Translations under genes and position numbers: made by a program
In this document: piece by piece, positions 58,913 through 64,000 of the stretch
Position numbering within the stretch: position 1 is the stretch's first letter
How the letters are laid out: every line of letters starts with the position of its first letter
From: Hydrurus foetidus
Taxonomy: Eukaryota
Length of the DNA: 64,000 bases
Assembly: GCA_900617105.1 (NCBI GenBank)
Contig: UYFQ01000032.1
Coordinates: 248,001-312,000, forward strand
Direction of reading: 5' to 3'
The notes under the pieces: generated by a model
Databases searched by the model: none
What the model saw: only the letters and a program-made list of their open reading frames with translations
What the model was told of the DNA's origin: nothing

Positions 58913-59691
58913 ATGTTCTTGCTATTGTGTCCGCCAAGGGTGGCGTAGGAAAAACAACCCTTGCAGCCAATCTGGGCGCAGCATTGGCTGCTAGCAGACG
59001 TGTGGTCTGTGTTGATCTCGATCCACAAAACGCTTTGCGCTTGCACTTGGGTGTCGCCATGGACGAACTCGACGGCGTGGCACGCTGCACCTTGGAAGAT
59101 CGCCGCTGGGACAGCGCTATTTTTCAAAGTGCAGGTAGCCCTGAAGTTTTGCCTTTTGGCACCATCAACGAAACGGACAGAGACGCCTTTGAGGTACACC
59201 TTGCAGAGCATCCCGACTGGCTGGCACAGGGTATCCAGAGTTTGCGCTTGAAAGAGACAGATTGGTTGGTGATAGACACGCCACCAGGTGCCTCGCTTTA
59301 CCTACAACAGGCCTTGCGTGTTGCCAATTTTGCGCTGGTTGTGCTTCATGCCGATGCGGCATCCTATGCCACCGTACCCGCTATGGAGGGCTTGATTCAG
59401 CGGTATTGCAGAGAGCGCAATGATTTTGTAGGCTCGGCTTACGTGCTTAACAGCGTGAACTCAGACAAAGTGCTATCACGCGATATCGTCGAGTTGCTGC
59501 GCAGCAGCTTGGGTGAACGCATGATACCTCTGGTGATACACCAAGACGAAGCCGTTCGTGAGGCGCTGGCCTGCGACAGGCTATTGGCCGAATATGACCC
59601 CCATTGCGAAGCAACTTTTGACATGGCAAGTTGCGCACAATGGGTTTCAGACAGAATGTCCAGTACCCGCCGGGCTTCTGGTCGCAAATAG
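58909..59691 (+). CDS. bcsQ: Cellulose synthase operon ATPase BcsQ (YhjQ, ParA/MinD-like)
   Basis: KGGVGKTT, DLDPQNALRLH, DAASY and IHQDEAV motifs. Confidence 0.92.
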   Translation: MNVLAIVSAKGGVGKTTLAANLGAALAASRRVVCVDLDPQNALRLHLGVAMDELDGVARCTLEDRRWDSAIFQSAGSPEVLPFGTINETDRDAFEVHLAEHPDWLAQGIQSLRLKETDWLVIDTPPGASLYLQQALRVANFALVVLHADAASYATVPAMEGLIQRYCRERNDFVGSAYVLNSVNSDKVLSRDIVELLRSSLGERMIPLVIHQDEAVREALACDRLLAEYDPHCEATFDMASCAQWVSDRMSSTRRASGRK

Positions 59692-59702
59692 GAGTCACGG
59701 CG

Positions 59703-61967
59703 ATGAATGTGAAACGAATGCGCCGAGCACGGTATGAAATGCGCCTGTTAGGGCGAAGGCGTTTGTTCGTCCCTATTGTCCGTGCAGTTCGTCAACTCGC
59801 TAGCTGGCAGGGATGGCAAAACCTGATTATCCAACGCAGTGCACTGGTAATTTCGTTGTATTTCCTTTTTCTCGCCGTCACCACTTCGCTGGACAATGAC
59901 CAGCAGTTTATTTTTGCATTGATCTCTTTGGGCAGCGCCATGTTAATTGGCCGTGTGCCAGGACGCTTGATCACGCAGGTCTTGATTGCGATGTCCTTCG
60001 TCGCATCAACACGCTATCTTTATTGGCGGGTTACCGAAACTTTATTTTTAGACAACTGGCTTGACTTCTTTTTTGGAGTAGGTCTGCTGCTGGCCGAGCT
60101 GTATGCTTGGATCGTGCTGGCCATTGGCTTCTTCCAAACAGCATGGCCGTTAGAGCGCAAACCGATGCCTTTACCCGAAGACCAGTCTCTCTGGCCTACG
60201 GTTGATGTGTTCATTCCGACCTACAACGAACCACTGAAAGTGGTGAAACCCACCGTTTTGGCGGCATTGGCCATTGACTGGCCAGCCGACAAGCTGAATA
60301 TCTACATTCTTGACGATGGCAAACGTACCGAGTTTGAAGAGTTTGCCCGCACCGTAGGCGTTAAGCACCTGACACGCCCCGACAATTCGCACGCCAAAGC
60401 AGGCAATATCAACCACGCACTGACAGTCACGTCAGGTCAGTACATTGCGGTGTTTGATTGTGATCACATTCCAACACGCACTTTTTTGCAGGTGTGTATG
60501 GGTTGGTTTTTCAAAGACAAAAAATTGGTGATGGTGCAAACACCTCACCACTTTTTCTCTCCCGATCCCTTTGAGAAGAATCTTTCAACCTTCAAAAAAG
60601 TACCCAACGAAGGCGAGCTTTTCTACGGCTTGGTACAAGATGGCAACGATCTTTGGAACGCTACTTTTTTCTGTGGTTCTTGCGCTATTTTGGAACGCAA
60701 AGCCTTGTTAGAAATTGGTGGCATTGCTATTGAAACCGTGACTGAAGACGCTCATACTGCCTTGAAACTTCACCGTTTAGGCTACAGCACGGCGTATTTA
60801 GCCGTGCCGCAAGCGGCAGGATTCGCCACCGAATCGCTGTCAGGTCACGTAGGGCAACGTATTCGGTGGGCACGCGGCATGGCACAGATTTTCCGAATTG
60901 ATAATCCCATGCTGGGGCCTGGGTTGAAGCTGTCGCAGCGGCTGTGCTACCTGAATGCCATGCTGCACTTTTTCTACGGCTTGCCGCGCATTGTGTTTTT
61001 GACAGCCCCTTTGGCGTATATGTTTTTTGGTGCCCATGTGATTTACGCTTCAGCGTTCACGATTGCCCTTTATGCCTTGCCGCACTTGATTCACTCAAGC
61101 TCCACCAATTCACGGATGCAAGGCGAATTTCGCCACTCCTTTTGGGCTGAAGTGTATGAATCAGTGCTGGCGTGGTACATCTTGCGACCGACTTTGGTGG
61201 CGGTCATCAATCCGAAGCTGGGCAAGTTCAACGTCACAGCCAAAGGCGGTTTGAATAAAAACGCTTATTTTGACTGGGACATTTCAAAGCCCTACATTAT
61301 TCTGCTCACCTTAAATTTATTGGGTTTGGCCGTCGGTTTAGGGAAATTATTCATCTGGGAACCGGATGAAACGGGTACGGTGATTTTGAATTTGATTTGG
61401 ACGGTCTACAACCTCATCATGCTTGGTGCCAGTCTGGCTGTGGCCAATGAAGCAAGACAAGTTCGGGCATCACACCGCGTTCAAATGAAACTCCAGTCAG
61501 CCATTCGTTTCAAGAATGGGCGCTCCATCCGCTGCGTCACCAGTGACTATTCTGAAGGCGGTGTAGGTGTTGTACTGCCTGTGGAAACTTTGGCCGTCTT
61601 GGGTGAAGAAGTTCAAATCACGATGTACCGGGGTAGTACCGAGTACGTGTTTGATGCGAATGTGACACTGAACAGCGGTAAGCGACTCGGGTTGCGCTTC
61701 CCAGAAATGAATCTGGAACAATCCATTAACTTCGTGCAGTGCACTTTTGCACGGGCTGACAGCTGGGCTGTATGGAGCGACAAACGCGAGCGAGACACGC
61801 CCCTACGTGGGTTGGTTGAGGTGGTTTTCTTGGGTTTCCGAGGACTTAAGATGTTCAGTGGCATAGCATTACGGCCTCTGCTACCTAAACGCCGTTCAGC
61901 CTCCAATGCGCCTCAAAGTGGCTCGCTCACTGCGCAAGCGCAAGCATCCACGTCGGTGAAACCATAA
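59703..61967 (+). CDS. bcsA: Cellulose synthase catalytic subunit (GT2 + PilZ)
   Basis: DDG, HAKAGN, DCD, QTPH, FFCGS, TED and QRIRW motifs; PilZ RASHR and DYSEGG. Confidence 0.97.
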   Translation: MNVKRMRRARYEMRLLGRRRLFVPIVRAVRQLASWQGWQNLIIQRSALVISLYFLFLAVTTSLDNDQQFIFALISLGSAMLIGRVPGRLITQVLIAMSFVASTRYLYWRVTETLFLDNWLDFFFGVGLLLAELYAWIVLAIGFFQTAWPLERKPMPLPEDQSLWPTVDVFIPTYNEPLKVVKPTVLAALAIDWPADKLNIYILDDGKRTEFEEFARTVGVKHLTRPDNSHAKAGNINHALTVTSGQYIAVFDCDHIPTRTFLQVCMGWFFKDKKLVMVQTPHHFFSPDPFEKNLSTFKKVPNEGELFYGLVQDGNDLWNATFFCGSCAILERKALLEIGGIAIETVTEDAHTALKLHRLGYSTAYLAVPQAAGFATESLSGHVGQRIRWARGMAQIFRIDNPMLGPGLKLSQRLCYLNAMLHFFYGLPRIVFLTAPLAYMFFGAHVIYASAFTIALYALPHLIHSSSTNSRMQGEFRHSFWAEVYESVLAWYILRPTLVAVINPKLGKFNVTAKGGLNKNAYFDWDISKPYIILLTLNLLGLAVGLGKLFIWEPDETGTVILNLIWTVYNLIMLGASLAVANEARQVRASHRVQMKLQSAIRFKNGRSIRCVTSDYSEGGVGVVLPVETLAVLGEEVQITMYRGSTEYVFDANVTLNSGKRLGLRFPEMNLEQSINFVQCTFARADSWAVWSDKRERDTPLRGLVEVVFLGFRGLKMFSGIALRPLLPKRRSASNAPQSGSLTAQAQASTSVKP

Positions 61968-62012
61968 TTTTGAAATCTATGTCGAAAACCGGCACAAAGA
62001 GGAAAACAGGCC

Positions 62013-64000
62013 ATGTTTAAGCGAAATTTGATAGCAGCGGTTGTCTTAGGTGCGGCGCTCCCGGTAGGGTTCCACACCACGGACGCTTGGTCACGTACCA
62101 AAAAGAGTCCCAGTGAGCAGATCGAAAGAAAAGAAACCGAATCGGTCGTCGCTCCCAATTTAGCCGTACCCAAAATGGTGCCTGCGTCCAGCGAAATTGC
62201 GGCCAGTTTGGGCGCAGGTACGTTGCGCAAATACACCTTCAGCTTGAAGCAATTGGGGGCCAGTGATCCTTTCCAGTTGCGTGGCGTAGACCCGGTTTAT
62301 TCGTTGCCCTTCAGTGTCCCTGCAGACGAAGTGGTCACAGGACTCAAACTCAAACTTGACTTTGCTTATTCCCCTGCATTGCTCGCCAATTTGTCTCATT
62401 TGAAGATTTTGGTCAATGGCGAAATCGCAGCAACCGTCGCTTTGCCCAAAGAGCAATCAGGCACCAATTTGGTTCGAGAGATTTCGATAGATCCTCGCTT
62501 GCTGACCGATTTCAACCGCATCAACTTGCAGTTCATTGGCCACTACACCTTGGATTGCGAGGATCCTTACCATTCCAGCCTCTGGTTGAACGTCAGCAAT
62601 TTGAGTACGCTGGAATTCACCGTGACACCGCTGTCCGTACAAAGCGATTTGGCTTTGCTGCCAGCGCCTTTCTTTGACCGCCGTGACAACCGTCGCCTTG
62701 AGTTACCGTTCGTGTTTGGCGGCACCCCATCTACAGGCACGCTAGAAGCTGCGGGCATTGTTTCCTCTTGGTTTGGCGCACTGGCCAGCTACCGTGGCGC
62801 TTGGTTTCCTGCAAATTTGAATACGGTTCCGGTTGACGACGTGGTTGTTTTTGCGACCAATGACGACCGCCCCGCAGGTCTCACTATTCCTGCGATCAAC
62901 GGCCCCACGCTGTCTGTTGCCCCCCATCCCGCAGACGCGCGCTATAAAGTGCTTTACGTGCTGGGTCGTGATGCCAAAGAGCTACGCACAGCAGCCACGG
63001 CACTGGGTCTAGGCCGGAACACGTTCTCAGGTCAAACCGTGCAAGTGACGGGTCTTGAGAATTTGAAGACACGTCAGCCTTACGATGCACCGAACTGGGT
63101 TCCAAGTGATCGCCCGGTCAAGCTTGGCGAGTTGGCTACGGTTGAAGAAATGAATGTCTCAGGCATTCGTCCAGATTTGGTTCGCGTGAATCTGCGTACG
63201 CCACCGGATTTGTTTGGGTGGAAAAGCAAAGGGGTTCCGTTTGACCTCAAATACCGCTACACACCACGTCCGAACATTGACAAATCAACGTTGAACATTA
63301 ACGTCAACCGCAACTTTGTCACGGCTTATCCGCTGCTGCCTTTCCCTGAGTTGGCATCGACCGACTCCGTGGCAAAAAAAGTACAGTCACTCATTGCCAA
63401 CGAAAAACTGATTCCAGGCCGTGAAGAGTTTTTTATACCATTGACACTGTTGCCTGCACGTAGCCAGCTACAGTTCCACTTCCACTACGATTACCCCAAG
63501 TTGGGTGCCTGTAAAGACGTTGAAATGCGCAATCTTCAAGGTGCTATCGACCCCGATTCCACCTTGGATTTGACCTCTTTTCCGCATTACATTCAGATGC
63601 CTAATTTGGCCGTATTCGCGAATGCAGGTTATCCATTCACACGGATGGCTGATCTTTCAGAAACCGCTGTGATCTTGCCGGACACACTGGGCGTTCCAGA
63701 TGTGGGTACCTACCTGACGCTGATGGGGCGCATGGGTGAATCCACAGGTTTACCCGCCTACGGTGTCTCTGTTGGTCGCGCTGGTGATGTTCAAAAGTTT
63801 GCTGACAAAGATATTTTGTTGCTGGGCAGCTCATCCAACCAAGCGATGTTGGCGCAGTGGAGCAAGCAGATGCCATTCTCGGTGAATGGTCAATCTCGCT
63901 CTTTCTCGCTGTCAGAGTGGGCAACGCATTACCTGCCGTGGTTTGAAGCGCCTGTAACCGATCGCGCACCAGTGGTCAAACTTTCTGAAATCACCCTGAA
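62013..64000 (+). CDS. bcsB: Cellulose synthase periplasmic subunit BcsB (runs off the right edge)
   Basis: Absent from the ORF track (no stop). MFKRNLIAAVVLG...SLKQLGA..QLRG, YSPALL, FIGHYTLDCEDP, LPAPFFDRRD, PYDAPNWVP and MPNLAVFANAGYPFTRMADLS. Confidence 0.93.
   Translation, partial: MFKRNLIAAVVLGAALPVGFHTTDAWSRTKKSPSEQIERKETESVVAPNLAVPKMVPASSEIAASLGAGTLRKYTFSLKQLGASDPFQLRGVDPVYSLPFSVPADEVVTGLKLKLDFAYSPALLANLSHLKILVNGEIAATVALPKEQSGTNLVREISIDPRLLTDFNRINLQFIGHYTLDCEDPYHSSLWLNVSNLSTLEFTVTPLSVQSDLALLPAPFFDRRDNRRLELPFVFGGTPSTGTLEAAGIVSSWFGALASYRGAWFPANLNTVPVDDVVVFATNDDRPAGLTIPAINGPTLSVAPHPADARYKVLYVLGRDAKELRTAATALGLGRNTFSGQTVQVTGLENLKTRQPYDAPNWVPSDRPVKLGELATVEEMNVSGIRPDLVRVNLRTPPDLFGWKSKGVPFDLKYRYTPRPNIDKSTLNINVNRNFVTAYPLLPFPELASTDSVAKKVQSLIANEKLIPGREEFFIPLTLLPARSQLQFHFHYDYPKLGACKDVEMRNLQGAIDPDSTLDLTSFPHYIQMPNLAVFANAGYPFTRMADLSETAVILPDTLGVPDVGTYLTLMGRMGESTGLPAYGVSVGRAGDVQKFADKDILLLGSSSNQAMLAQWSKQMPFSVNGQSRSFSLSEWATHYLPWFEAPVTDRAPVVKLSEITL

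Noticed and set aside
60720..60745. Apparent left arm of the intragenic motif in bcsA (GCTATTGAAACCGT)
   Set aside because: It falls in the conserved GIAxETVTED catalytic segment and lacks TGCT and the GC pairs. It shows single arms can arise by chance, so single-arm copies were given low confidence.
1..64000. CRISPR array, rRNA, intact transposase or integrase
   Set aside because: No regularly spaced repeats, rRNA-like tracts or recombinase motifs were seen.

Overview
GC-rich betaproteobacterial chromosome segment (Comamonadaceae, Rhodoferax-like; inferred from gene content and order, not verified). From left to right: (1) a partial acyl-CoA ligase and a Bug receptor. (2) A ~17 kb accessory block (about 1.96-19.0 kb) next to tRNA-Arg(ACG), bounded by 27-bp direct repeats and lacking an integrase. 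It carries an iad-type indole-3-acetate (auxin) degradation locus (iorAB, reductase, Rieske dioxygenase, CoA ligase, thiolase, SDRs, cyclase, two Bug receptors, thioesterase, MarR); a decayed antitoxin and an attC-like site lie at its left edge. (3) Core genes: MscS, enoyl-CoA hydratase, HDAC-like protein, MoxR-DUF58-transglutaminase, mltB, GGDEF-EAL. (4) A two-part circularly permuted ATP-grasp / alpha-E / transglutaminase / amidoligase system with two sigma54-type promoters, interrupted by a hybrid kinase, comEC, a VapBC-like pair and a lipoprotein. (5) RidA, MCP, parE-SLT-parC, MFS, methyltransferase. (6) The start of a bcsD-P-Q-A-B cellulose operon. The least explained signal is a fixed-spacing ~40-bp AT-rich motif (TGCT-N9-ATAGC-N7-GC-N11-GC) found in-frame inside at least six unrelated genes, including within signal peptides. 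All calls are from motif reading and recall; no searches were run.
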